From the NCBI GenBank assembly GCA_951406725.2, contig OX597820.1, forward strand, positions 107,632,001 through 107,696,000: a stretch of DNA of 64,000 bases, in the 5' to 3' direction. The position numbers and the translations under genes are program-made. Numbering within the stretch: position 1 is the first letter of the stretch; each line of letters opens with the position of its first letter. The notes beneath the pieces were generated by a model that had not been told where the DNA came from, did not search any database, and saw nothing but the letters and a program-made list of their open reading frames with translations. Below are positions 1 to 12,943 of the stretch, piece after piece. The DNA is from Octopus vulgaris (taxonomy: Eukaryota).

Positions 1-189
1 ATCATAGCATTGGTGGAGGGCAGAGGAGGGAAATCTTCAATGACGTCGAAAGTGACGTCCTGGTTTTCTTTCTCCTTTCGAACGGTGCACGTGCTTTCAG
101 CTTTGGAAGGAGGATCTTTGTTGCTTTTTATGGCACAAAGTGGGCAGTTTGGAAAAGTTTTTGACAATGTGTGTGTTTGCAGAGGGTGT

Positions 190-354
190 GGTAATAACAA
201 CAACAATAATAATAATAATAACAACAACAACAACAATATAAATAAAAATAAAAATAAAAACAGAAATAAGACTAATTTTAATTTTAATTTTAATTCAATA
301 AATGATAATAATAATTTTAATAATATTAAAAATAAAAAAAATAAAATAATAATA

Positions 355-386
<32 letters not shown>

Positions 387-445
387 AATATTAATACTAA
401 TATTGTTAATAATAATAATAATAATAATATTAATAATATAAATAA
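190..445. repeat. Compound (AAT/AAC/GAT)n microsatellite
   Basis: Directly visible trinucleotide runs; explain the poly-N/M/I ORF 10..441. Confidence 0.95.
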
Positions 446-531
446 TAGGAATAAAAAAGTTGAATAATTTTTATAAAACGAAATTTTATAATAATACCAA
501 TAATTATAAAGATAACATACTCTTAGATTGA

Positions 532-903
532 ACATGTAGAGATAAAAGTAATTGTAAATTTAATAATAAATGTATCATTACTTTAATTAATGAGAATAAT
601 AAGAATAATAATAACTTAAATGCTATCTATATAGGGTCTACTTCCTCTAAAATTAAATTAAGAGTAGCTCAGCATATGCATTCCTTTAAGAATAGAAATC
701 TTATGAACTCTACTGGGCTTAGCAAATGCATATGGGAACTTAAATCCCAACGAATTAAGTATAATTTTGCAAGGCGAAATCATATAGTATAGGTAGTAAT
801 TATTGTTTTTTTATGTTCTAGTGAATTTAAAGAAATATTTAATAATCATAATAAATTAGTTAATTCATTGGACGAGTGTAAAATTAAATGTAGACACAAA
901 TGA
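532..903 (+). pseudogene. Degenerate GIY-YIG endonuclease of a Penelope-like element (not in ORF track)
   Basis: Manual translation: TCRDKSNCKFNNKC (532-), AIYIGSTSSKIKLRVAQHMHSFKNRNLMNSTGLSKCIWELK (YIG at 628-636), then after a frameshift CFLCSSEFKEI...LVNSLDECKIKCRHK* (stop 901-903). Matches the Cys-rich GIY-YIG C-terminus of invertebrate PLEs. Confidence 0.8.
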
Positions 904-3342
904 ATTTACTTATATAATAAATTTTTAGATAAATAGCAACTATATTTAAACCCTATTTTTGTTTCTAATTTGTAGTTATATTTTGTACTATTATTAATTC
1001 TATAATTTAGCATGTGATTATATATTGTATATTACATAATTTAATAAGTCTAAATTAATAAACTATTAATTAATTAATATAGTAGTGTTGTGATTGCACT
1101 TCTGTAGGTGGTTTGAATATAAGTCAATACAAGTTAGTAAAGGTTTTTTAAATACTTAGAGTTAGATTATATTTAGATGTTTATTTAATTACTAAATATA
1201 TAATTTATTTAATGAACATAGTTTAAAAGATAGTTATTTCATTAATTTTTTTTGTTATTGTTGTGGTTGATATTATTATTATTATGCTTATTATATGTCT
1301 ACTAAAATTAATAGTATTAAGTATATATATATATTTTTGGTAATAGTTTTAGTAACATTAAATAAATAATTTTGAATATGTAGTAAAATATTTTTTTCTT
1401 TATGTACTATTTATTTATAATGATAATATGTACTTTATTTATTTAATTAATGAGCAAAGTATTTGATCTAAATATAAATTACTTTACTTATATAATAAGT
1501 TTAATTTATTATTTTAGCATTTGTTTTGAATATTATTATAATATATAATATATATTTGTTGTAATTGACAGTTAAGCTTATAGATTGTAATAAATTTTTT
1601 TTATATATTAATCAAAATGTATTTATATTATATATTTCGAATTAGATTTATTTAGGTGTTTATTTAATTAATTAATATTATTTATTAATGAATATTAATT
1701 ACATTATAGTTTTTGAATCAACTTAAATTTATTAATTAGTAGTTATAGTATAGATACTGATTGAATTAGTGAGTTAATATAGAATGTGTCTAAAAGTTGT
1801 TTTGTTTAATATAAGATTTGGCTCTAACATAACCATATTTATATATATGAAATAAATTAATTTGTATAAGATTATTAGAGAATATACAATAAATAGTAGT
1901 TATATAAATTATTTTAATTTATAGAGTTTTGAGTATAATTTATCGTACTTAATTTAAAATTTTAGTTTTATAGTGAAAGATATAGTGTATAGTGATTTTA
2001 TTCTCTCTTAGAGATTTTATTCTCTTTATCTATTAAAGCTAAAATATATTTGTAGTTTTCATTGATAAAATGTATATTTCCATCTGTTTGTTCTATTTCT
2101 TTTAATAACGTAATTCCACGAGTTTTTATAAACACTTAATAAGACGTTTTCCGTTTTGAAATGTTAGTTAATGACATGATTTTTGAGAGATAAGTAAACG
2201 TTTTTATTTAAGAAATATCATTGTATTCTATATAACTATTGATTGTTAAATTTGAATTTATAATTTTTTTTATTTGTTAATGATAATTTAGATATGTACA
2301 TTTATTTAATTATTATTAGTTTATAATTATTATATCTGAACGTAAATTCTAAGATGTTAGTTAGTCACATTGCAATATAGATCGTAAAAATGTTTTTGAT
2401 AATAGTAATAATAAGTATTTTATAAACGTAGGTTATAAATTTTTAATTTGAATTTTTCAATTTTTAAATTGTATTTCATAAATATTTTCTATAGATATCT
2501 ATAATATTTATGTAAGTAATAATGGACTAATTTATTTTTGGTTATATGTTTATACGTTTATTGATAGAAAAAATTTAGATTTTTAATTACTATATTTGTT
2601 GATTATAATTTAGATACTTATTTTTATGTATTTATTATTTTATAATTATTATATGCGAACAAAAATCTAAAAATATTAATAGTGATTATTTTGTTAAATA
2701 ATTTGCTAATTAAATATTGGAGTATAACTGGGTTAAAGATATTCTATAATTTATTAATGTTTTTTTAAGCTAAATTATATCTTCACATATTAATACATAT
2801 TTCTATCTATTTACTCTACCTTTTTTTACCTTAAATATTGGCCTTCGGGCTAAAACATTTTAAAGGATTTTAAGGATTTATAATAAATGTGTTGTAGGAA
2901 ACTAATCCTAATATTTTAAGTTTGAAATTTAATTAATGGAGTTTCTTCTATAAGAACAATTATTATTTTATTTATTTTTTAAATAAATATTGTTTAACTT
3001 TATTTGCTTATTTATTTAACTATTATTGTTAACCTGAAGATTGACTATAATTTTAAATTGTATTCATTTCAATTAAATTTAAATTTAATTGTAATTCGAA
3101 TTTAATTGTAGCCATGAAACGTACGTAGTGTTTTTACTTATTATATAAATCCTTAAACTCCTTAAAAATGTTTTAGCCCGAAGGCCGCGGCCATGCTGGG
3201 GCACCACCGCTATTGATTATTCATTTTTATACTTTTTGAGATGTAGTTATATGTTTTATAAAAATATATTTTATCTGTTATTTATGTTTTGGTTTATATT
3301 TATCACTGTTTGAGTTGCATAATAGTGGTTTTATCTCTAATT
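904..3342 (+). mobile_element. Very AT-rich 3' region and pseudo-LTR of the PLE
   Basis: Follows the GIY-YIG stop; degenerate internal duplications (~1162-1215 vs ~1642-1691; ~2275-2350 vs ~2597-2670); ends in an HHR motif and a terminus (ATAATAGTGGTTTTATCTCTAATTT) also found inverted at 6435. Confidence 0.6.
3031..3130 (+). ncRNA. Hammerhead ribozyme-like motif (type I, long stem II)
   Basis: CTGAAGA 3034-3040; stem II TGACTATAATT/AATTGTAGCCA; GAAAC 3116-3120; palindromic stem III ACGTACGT; GTA triplet 3125-3127. Stem I is weak. Confidence 0.6.
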
Positions 3343-4616
3343 TGTCTCCTGGGGCTAAACAACAGTAGCATTCATCCCATCCGGGACTGCTACATTAGGC
3401 TGGCAAATAACCTTTACTTTAAATTACTGCTACTGAATATCTCTCATTGAGAGATTAGGAACGATAATATTTATATATATATATATATATATGTATATTT
3501 GAAAGTCTATGAGAAAATGGTTTTAACTAAAATGAGGAGAAATTTTACTGAACTTACATAATGAGCAACAGTACTATAGAATTATTGTCTGCAAGAGAAA
3601 ATTATATGAGAGAATTTTGGCATAATATTGTGAGTGATTCCCAGCAACATAATTTACAAATGCAAATGTTAGCATTCTATGGGGTTCCACTGCAAACTAT
3701 GGACCAGGATAAGGTATAAGGTATACCCTGGGACTTGAGCCAGTGTTTGGAAGTGGTTAGGGATATAGCTAGTTTAGAGGCTCTAAACTTGGGAAGGAGC
3801 TTAGGTGAACAAGTTAGTGTCACTTAAAGTCAAACGTATCCCCTTATGTATACACTCGCCTGGTGGGAAGATGGTGTTGTGACCTAACATTTATATACCA
3901 TATTATAGCACAATCAAAACCCATTTAACAGAGTTGGGAGACCCAACATTTACAATTTCTCCAACAACCAGTGGGTTCATGCTCCATTAGTATTCTATGT
4001 TGTTCGATGCGATCATTTATCCTCAAAGTAGGAACAGGGTGTTAGTGACTCTACTATGGAGATGGAAAGGGGGATAAGCCAGGCTTATCAGAGATATTAT
4101 CAGAGAGATAAACCAGGCTTATGATTATAGTGACTAAGTGGACCTAATTGATAATGGTTGTCTTGGGTAGTATTTATTCCAGGACCAAGACTTGGGAAAA
4201 CAGTACTTCAAAGATTTGTATTAGAATTCACAACCTTAGATTTTTTACTAGATAATGTATAGGTAGGTTCATGAGTCTAATTCAAGTGTGAGTTTAAATC
4301 CTCTCTAGCTGTATGAAAATTAAAAGAAGGTTGTGTAGTATTCTCATTGCCACTGTTACTAGTGTTAATGTTGCTAATTGCAGGGACATTAGTGTTATCC
4401 CATCTACTGCTAAGATAGGTAGGAATTTCCTAACCATTGATGCCTGTGCAGACCACTGCTTATGCAGACCAGACCAGAAGTTGACCCCCCCAACTTATGC
4501 TTCCCTATAAACTCCTGTTTGCCTCCACATATGAGAGGATAGACACACACACACACACACGCGCACACACACACACACACAAACACAAATACACACACAC
4601 ACTAAAATATATATAT

Positions 4617-4763
4617 GACGGGTTTCTTTCAGTTTCTGTCTACCAAATTCACTCATAAGGCATTGGTCGACCTGAGATTATAGTGGAAGACACTTGCCCA
4701 AGATGCCATGCAGTGGGACTGAACCCGGAACCATGTGGCTGGGAAGCAAGCTTCTTACCATAC
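4617..4763 (-). mobile_element. tRNA-derived SINE
   Basis: Minus strand reads GTATGGTAAGAAGC...GGTTCAGTCCC (A/B-box-like) then CTTGGGCAAGTG; related copies at ~23535-23680 (-) and ~33850-33930 (+). Confidence 0.75.
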
Positions 4764-4768
4764 ATATA

Positions 4769-6396
4769 CAGTTGCGGCCAAAATGTTCAGAACGGCATTG
4801 TTTTCGTCAGAAAAGTAAGTATAAGTTTTTATCAAAGTAGTTTTATATTCTATAATTTTCACAGACAATAAATACAATATTAATTGTTATTGTCTGAGAT
4901 TTTGGTGTAATTTGAGAGGATAATACAAAAGTTATGGATGATTTAGTGATTTACTGCAAAACCCATGGCGGCCAAAATGATCAGAACGGTTGAAAAAATA
5001 ACAAAATAATAAAAAATTACAGAGAATACTGGAATTATTTAATATCTAGTGTGAAGCCCTTTAGCTTCAATGACACTTTGACATCTTCGACTGCATGAGG
5101 AAATTAAATTTTCAATTTCTTGCTGGGTGATCTTATTCTATTCTTCCTGAAGGGCATTCCATAATTGCTCAGTTGTTTTACGATTTCTGGCTTTCGAACG
5201 TTCTCCTAGAATATTCCATACATTTTCAATAGGATTGAGATCTGGGCTTTGAGCAGGCCAATCCATAACAATAACCTTTTCAGCCTTGAGGAAGTTCATG
5301 ACCGCCTTAGCCTTGTGACATGGGGCATTGTCCTGCATGAATATGGGTGGTCGCTTTGTTGAATTTCTCGGCACAGGCAAGACATGATCTTTTACAAGTT
5401 TTTTATAAACTCCTGCATTTACCTTTCCATGTAATCGCACCAAAGGGCCCACACCATCTCCAGATATCAACCCCCCAAACCATGACACTTCCTCCACCGA
5501 ATTTAACACTAGTCTTAAGGCATTTAGGCGACAATTTTTCACCTACTTTTCTACGAACGTACCTTTTCCCATCTGAGCCAAATAACATAAACTTAGATTC
5601 ATCACTGAAATGCACCGTTTGCCATTTTTCTTGAGACCACAACACATGTTCGGTTGCAAAGGGAAGATGACACTTTTTATTCTTGGAGATGATCAGTGGC
5701 TTCACTGGTAGGTGCTCTTGCTTGTAGGTCATCTTCAACTAAACGACGAGACACAGTTTTTTGAGATAAAGTTTTCTTCAATACAATACTCATTTTCCGA
5801 GAAACAGCAGCAGCAGTTTTAAATCTGTTCTTTTTAACCAACTTTACCATAGCACGATCTTCTCTCTTGGTCGTTTTTCTTGGCCTACCTGTAAACTCTC
5901 TTGCTCCACACGAACCACAATCATCGTAGACCTTAAGAATACCGTGTACAACACTTTTTGACTTGTTAACAATCTTTGCAATAGATCCAATACTTAAATT
6001 ATCCTTCCTTCGAAGCTTAATAATCTGCTGATGAATTGGTAACGGTGTAAGTGGCATTATATTAACAAAGTACACTGCAAATATTCTTACTAATGTTTAG
6101 TAAACGAACCGTCATGTAAACAAATTCAAAACATAAGAGTTCGCCGGTTAAATATACTAAAACACGGAGTAAAAGCAACCGCTCTGATCATTTTGGCCGC
6201 CATGGGTTTTGCAGTAAATCACTAAATCATCCATAACTTTTGTATTATCGTCTCAAATTACACAAAAATCTCAGGCAATAACAAATAATATCGTATTTAT
6301 TGTCTGTGAAAATTATAGAATATAAAACAACTTTGATAAAAAATTATATCTACTTTTCTGACGAAAACAATGCCATTCTGAACATTTTGGCCGCCA

Positions 6397-6399
<3 letters not shown>
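4769..6399 (-). mobile_element. Full-length Tc1 (IR/DR type) DNA transposon with frameshifted DD34E transposase
   Basis: TA TSDs at 4767-4768 and 6400-6401; ~220-bp TIRs (4769-~4992 / ~6176-6399) with outer and inner GCGGCCAAAATG-T-CAGAACGG direct repeats. Confidence 0.95.
5138..6075 (-). pseudogene. Tc1 transposase split across three frames
   Basis: ORFs 5677-6075 (HTH, GRPRK), 5403-5738 (FSDESKF, VMVWG), 5138-5542 (FMQDNAPCH...SPDLNPIEN). Confidence 0.93.
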
Positions 6400-6434
<35 letters not shown>

Positions 6435-6438
<4 letters not shown>

Positions 6439-6615
6439 TAGAGAAAAACCACTATTATGCAATTCAAACAATGATAGACATAAACCAAATCATAAAAAAT
6501 AAAATATATTATTTAAAACATATAACTAGATCACAAAAAGTACAAAAATGAATAAACAGTATATAAGTAAAAAAAACTATGTACATTTCATGGCTATAAC
6601 TAAATTCGAATTACA

Positions 6616-6619
<4 letters not shown>
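6435..6619 (-). mobile_element. PLE pseudo-LTR fragment, inverted copy of ~3087-3342
   Basis: Reverse complement aligns with 3087-3342 (lacking the 3144-3210 insert), including the 3' half of the HHR; flanked by (TA)n. Confidence 0.8.
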
Positions 6620-6650
<31 letters not shown>

Positions 6651-6652
6651 AC

Positions 6653-6684
<32 letters not shown>

Positions 6685-6811
6685 ATCAAGTAGGTACTGT
6701 AAATTTAGGGTGAATACTTATATTAGGGTGAAGCACTTATATATGCCAGATAGTGGCAGAGGTGAGAGAGAATATATCAAATAAAATTAAAAACAGAACA
6801 AAAAGGATATC

Positions 6812-6902
6812 ACGGTACACATGTTTCAAGCTTTATAAACAATCCGTTATTACATCAGTGTATTATTGATATAAAAGATGGTTTAAAGCTCTCTTCAGCC
6901 GC
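6812..6902 (-). ncRNA. Hammerhead ribozyme motif (type I) in a second PLE-type pLTR
   Basis: Minus strand: GCGG-CTGAAGA-GAGCTTTA...TAAAGCTT-GAAAC-ATGT-GTA-CCGT; all core nucleotides present; stems I, II and III pair. Confidence 0.8.
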
Positions 6903-7272
6903 AAACATTGTTAGTCCAAAGAATTACATCACAATATAAAAAATATGAAAAGTACCCAGTATTACCCATTAAAATAGGTTTATCATATCTCCTTGAAAAA
7001 GTGTATTTGTAAAATTTCCTAACTGTATAAATGTATAAAGATTTATTGGATTTTGAAAATCTGCCCATACTGTATCACCAGTCAACATAGAGTGAATGTT
7101 AAATAGATTGGAATGGGTTTATATTCAATTCTCTTATATAAGATAGGAAGGAAAATAAGATAGAAAGAAAAAAAAAAGAAAAAATAGAGAGAAAAGGATA
7201 AAAGTTAAAAGTTTAAAAAATAAAAAAATAAAAAATAAGAAATAAAGAGCAAGAGTACTGGAAGTAAAAGAC

Positions 7273-10200
7273 TGCAGGGAAAGACTTGCTGACAATCCAG
7301 AAAGAGGGATGACAAAGCGGAGAGACGCTTGACAGTACGACAGCGTAACGAAGGATCAAATGGGCTTGCAGCCCGATTCGGGGTAAAATTGCAACGAATA
7401 AACATGGGAAATCATGCCCCCATGATCCCAGACCATGGGGCTAGAATAAAAGATCAAATAGGGACGGAAAAAAACGAAATGGACTTGAACCTGAAATGGA
7501 CAATGAGAAAGGAAACGGTATAGGAATGGTAGATGAGGAGTTCAGTTGCTGCGGAAAGGTGTTTGCTAGTTACATCGGGCTGAGAATCCACCAAGGGAAG
7601 GTGTGTCAGAAGAAAGTAATTCAACAACGTGGGTTGATAAACCACAAGACGTGTGGCCAGAAGCCCCCGGAAAATAACCATAGTGAGGTTCATTCCACAG
7701 TTGAATTGGAACAGTTAAAAAGACTGATAGGCATGAAGAGGACAAAGATTAAGTGGCTGAAAGCAAATGATGCAGCGAGTTATAAAAAAATTGACAACGT
7801 TGTAGCAAGAATGACCACCAAATTCAAAGGTGACGACGAACAAAAACTCGAAAACCTGGCTAATACAATCTACCAGGAAAGAGAGAAAAGATTTGGACTG
7901 GAAACAACAAGGAAGGTAGAATCAATGGCAAAGAGCAGACCATCGAGGAGAGGAAGACAGATTGCAAAGATTCGAGAAGAGAAGAAAAAACTCAGAACCA
8001 GATGAAGGGATGCAAAGGAGGAGGAAAGAGAAGGGCTAAAGCAGCTATATGAAGAGATAAAAAAGAGGCATCGAGATCTGCTAAGAAAACAAAGAAGGAA
8101 GAGCAGAAGAAAGGAGAGAGAAAAGAACTATCGTAGCTTTGTGAACAATCCCTATCAATATGCGAAACATCTATTTACTGAAAGTAAAAGTGGAAAATTA
8201 GATTGCATGAAAGAAGAGCTTGAACAACATCTGAAAGAGACATACAGTGACTCCGACAGAAATAAAGTACTCCCAGAAATGCACGGACTGAAGAAACCAC
8301 CTGAACCAAGAGTACCATTTGATTTGAATGACATCAAGCGGAAGGAAATGGATGAGTTCATAAGAAAAGCAAGAGCAAAATGTTCACCAGGGAACATTGG
8401 AGTGAGCTAAAAGGTATATAAATATTGCCCGAAATTACATTTGCAGCTGTTTGCACTGATAAGAGAAATGTGGAAGAAGAAAGATGTAGCGGAGCGATGG
8501 TGTATAACTGAAGGTATCTATCTACCTAAAGAGAAAGATGCAAAAACACTAGGACAATTTAGACCAATTTCATTATTAAATACTGACGGGAAAATCTTGT
8601 TTGGAATTATTGCTAGACGAATCACAAGATTCGTACAGCATAACGTGTACGTTAATGAAGCAATCCAAAAAGCAGGAATCCCCGAAATCCCTGGATGCAT
8701 AGAACACGCATTTGCCATCTGGGAAGCCATCACCTGTGCAAAACAACTGAAGAAAAACCTGTATATTGTTTGGCTAGATCTTGCCAATGCTTATGGATCT
8801 GTTCTGCACACACTAATAAAAACTGCGATGGACTTCTTTTGGATCCCAAAAGATGTTCAACGAATGCTCATGTCCTACTACGACAACCTGAGGATGAGAT
8901 TTACAGCAGGAAAGTTCACAACAGAGTGGCAACGGCTTGAAATAGGTATTGCAGCCGGATGCACGATATCAGTTATCTTATTCGTGTTAGTCATGGAAAT
9001 GTTACTTAGACCTACAAACTGTGAGAAAGCTGTTACAAAGACACCATTAAGGACTTTTATGGACGGCGTAACTGTATTATCGGAAAGTAGAGAAGCAGCA
9101 GAGTGGTTGGACGAACTGATAGGATGGGCAAGGATGAAATTCAAAGCCAAAAAATCTCGAAGCGTGGCTTTCGTGAAAGGAAGGCAAGAAGAAGTGAAAT
9201 TCAGGATAGGAGGTGAAGACATACCAACAGTGAAAGAACAACCAGTAAAGAGTCTCGGCAGATGGTATAGAGATTTATTAAATGATAAGAAGCAAGGGAA
9301 AGAAACACACGAGTTAGCAGAACGAGGATTAAAGGCAATTGACAGAACAACACTGCCGGGAAAATTCAAATGTTGGATACTGCAATTTGGGCTGTACCCA
9401 AGAATAATGTGGCCATTGCAAATGTACGAAATAGCCTCAAGTAGAGTAGAAAGGATGGAACAAAGATGCAGTGTGTTTATCAGAAAATGGCTTGGTCTGC
9501 CGAAACCACTGAATACAACTGCACTATATGGAAAACCTGTGCTGCAACTATCAATAACATCAATCGCCAAAGAATATAAGGCAGGAAAGGCAAGGGCAGT
9601 AATGATGCTAAGGTATTCAAAAGATCAGAGCATCCGGGAAAACCCTCCAAATGTACGAACAGGGAGGAAATGGAAGGCGGAAGCGGCAGTAAACAGGGTG
9701 ATCAGAAAACTAAGGCACGCAGATATAGTCGGAGCAATACAAGAAGCAAGAACCGGCCTAAGGTCGCAAAATTTCAGGCCATTTTGCAAGAGCAGTATAA
9801 AAGAGATGAAAGAGGCAGTGGTATACGAAGTGAGAAAGGAGGAAGAAGAAAGGCGAAATGTACATTTGGTGCAATATAGTCAACAGGGACAGTGCCTGAG
9901 ATGGGAGGAATATATGATCAGCCGCAGAATATCATGGAAGGAACTTTGGGCTTGGGAACAAGCAAGAACATCCTTCCTGATCACATCTACCTTCGACGTT
10001 CTACCCTCACCGGCGAACTTAGTCTGGTGGAACATAAAAACAACCAATGAGTGTAGATGCGGAGAGAAAGCGACGGTTAGACATGTTCTGTCAAACTGCA
10101 GATCAGCACAAGAAAGGTATACGTGGCGACGTAATCAAGTCCTCAACGTCATAAGCGCAGCACTCAAGGAGAAGATCAAGAGGTACAATAGGGGAGAGTA

Positions 10201-11068
10201 CCCAAAGATAGAAAAGCTCAGGAAAGTATACTTCCACAACCAGGCCTACAAGTAAAGTATACGAGATAGACGAAAGATGGAAGGGATACTGGGAGCTGGC
10301 CACAGACTTGAAAAGACAAGTAATATTTCCACTAATAAAAACGACAAAAAGACCAGATTTAGTCCTATGGAACAGAGAACGGAGAATAGGAATTTTACTA
10401 GAACTGACAGTGCCATTGGCAATGCAGAGGAATGAAAGGAGAAGAGGTATGAAAAACTAATCGAAGAGTGCAGAGAACAGGGATGGAATGTCGAGTATTA
10501 CCACAGTAGGGGCTAGAGGTTTCATTGAAAGGAAAATGACAACGCTATTCAAAAGAAGATTTGTTTTTTTCTAGCTCAGAGCTACGAAAACTAATAAGGA
10601 GAGTATAGGAGGCAGTCGAAAAAGCCAGCTTCTATATATGGCTGAAGAGGGAAAACCAAAAATGGCTTGAAAGTCATAACATGCCGGCGGGAAATAACAT
10701 CACTAGGTGAGACAAGCTGACACTGAATCAGCTTCGCTGACTGACAAATGATGGTCGTTTAGAGAATGCGTGGGCTAAGACTACCTGCCTTCATTGGTCA
10801 GTTAAAGTTGAGACAGTGTCACGTGACAACTTGCTGGGGCTGCCTGCTGGAGCCTAGCGGCAAGTATTTAAAGGGAAAAACTTTGACAAGTCAGTCAGTC
10901 ACCAGCTGACACTCACTGATGATACATCGAAGAGGCCAGGGAACCTCCGAAAACGGTAGAGGAGTAGGGGCCGAAACCGGACGTGGTTCTTCCTGATGAT
11001 GTCTAGAGCTAGCTGGATCCTATAAAGGAGCTGTTGTGGTAGCAGACCATGAAACACAGTTGTAATTC
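7273..11068 (+). mobile_element. Near-complete HERO-clade RLE non-LTR retrotransposon (disrupted ORF)
   Basis: N-terminal finger CCGKVFASYIGLRIHQGKVC; RT (RPISLLN, GCIEH, VWLDLANAYGS, GIAAGC, FMDG); CCHC CRCG..HVLSNC; RLE RPDLVLW..ELTVP at ~10350-10420; flanked by CTGGAAG(T/C)AAAAGAC at 7258-7272 and 11069-11083. Confidence 0.85.
7496..10680 (+). pseudogene. HERO-type ZnF-RT-RLE polyprotein with stops and frameshifts
   Basis: ORF pieces 7496-8005, 8141-8410 and 8441-10255, plus frameshifted RLE tail (GW..EYY..VGARGF). Confidence 0.88.
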
Positions 11069-11638
11069 CTGGAAGCAAAAGACAAGAGTAATAAAAGCAA
11101 AAATAATAAAAAAGTAAAAATAAGGATAATAAAGTTAGAACCACATATAAATAAGAATTAGCCAAATAAGAATAAAGTAACAAAAAAAAGATAAAAACAA
11201 AAGAATTGAGAATATAAAGTAGAGTAAGAGATAAAGAGATAAGATACTGAAGGGCTGAGAATAAGATTTTGGCTTTGATGGGATGGCAGTGGTAATAAAT
11301 AACTTCTTAATTTCGACCACTGACCACTCTCTGAAATACTGATTGAAGTTGTAATTTGATATTGTTATGTTGAATGGTCAGTTTACACAAGAGTTACTAG
11401 CTTATAGTTTATAGTATATGTATATGTGTGTGTATAAACATGTACTCATACACACATATATAAGCTAATATGTTCGAGTGTATACAAGTATGCCTCATTA
11501 TGCACAGCATTAAATACATGGATTTACACATACATCTCCACACATATCTACAGTTAAACCCTAGTAAACATATACATATACTACTATATCCGCTATGTAC
11601 AGCCAAACACACACACACATAGATACAGACAGACCCCC

Positions 11639-11672
<34 letters not shown>

Positions 11673-12048
11673 GAAATATGTTACAAAAAGAAAATATAAA
11701 ATATAAAATACATATGGAAATGTAAGGGTAAAATATGAAAAATCAACGAAAATGCACATTGCAAATAAAAAAAAGGCTATTTATGACAGGTAACGACAAA
11801 TATATACATTTAGATTGACTGAGGTAGTAATAAGAGTCATAAAAGTCATTATTATGAGATGATTATAAGATGATAATAAAGTAAGAGAACAAAGCGAACC
11901 ATGGTTTACGCAAAGCTATTCATCGCTTGAAAAACACCGGCTAATACACGGTGTCAGGTCTAATAGTTCCTGAGAAAAAAGATTATTTGTAAGGGAGGTA
12001 AGTAGTTCTGGATTTAGAGATGTGAGTGGCGTAGGAAGTTTATAGGGG

Positions 12049-12450
12049 TTAGTGGTGTTCTGTATTGAGTTGTGTGTCCATATTTAGTTGGGGGAGAAAT
12101 TTATTGATGAAAAATGCCTCTTTATTCAACCTTTGTTGCATTGTGGTGTTCTGTGAATATTGGTAAAAGGGAAATATTTGGAAATTGGGATTAAAATTCC
12201 TGGCACACCTTTCTATGTGTTCACTCACCTTTAACTGTCTGTATTGTGGGTGACGGATTTGCTCTTTGTGAATGGTGATTCTTTGACGGAGTAAAATTCT
12301 TGTTTGTCCAATATAGAGTTTACCACATCCTATGCATGTCATGACATAGATTACATTTATTGAGGCGCAGGTGAAATTTGATTTGATCTTAAATATTTCT
12401 CCTTGTTTGAATTGGAATTCTGAACCCTCCAGAAGGTGGGGCATATTCCA
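12049..12450 (-). pseudogene. PLE GIY-YIG endonuclease (inverted 3' piece of the adjacent PLE)
   Basis: FTCASINVIYVMTCIGCGKLYIGQT...RITIH...VSEH...RLNKEAFFINKFLPQLN. Confidence 0.9.
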
Positions 12451-12943
12451 GTTAGAACACAAACCACAGACGGCTTAGGGGACGCAACTCGACCTTCTTT
12501 AACTCTCTTACTCCCCCAAATAACTATCAAACAACTATCGATAATTCAACCCACAAGAGGAAATCTAGACTTAATCTTCAAGGTATCCCACATACATACC
12601 AAAGATGTCATCGAAACCTCCAGACTAACCTAAGCTTTGGTGAACCAATTCCTACCAGGAAGAACTTACCTCCGAGACTTTACCCCCAACACAGCCACTT
12701 CAAGCAGTCAATGAGACAAAACATGACTAGACAATATAACCTCTCCCTCCAACCATATCACAATATTAAAAATCAATTAAACCCAAACTACATTAGCCAC
12801 AGACGATATAACAACCCTCAGTACATCCATAATCCAGTACACTCCACAACCACTCCACCACAAACATACTACCATAGACACACTTTACACCCACCTTTTC
12901 CTCAGCAAACCAAACAAAATACAGACCTTCCACTACAATCCAC

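Noticed and set aside
950-3000. Mitochondrial insertion (NUMT)
   Set aside because: No mitochondrial gene or tRNA motif recognised; bracketed by PLE endonuclease and pLTR.
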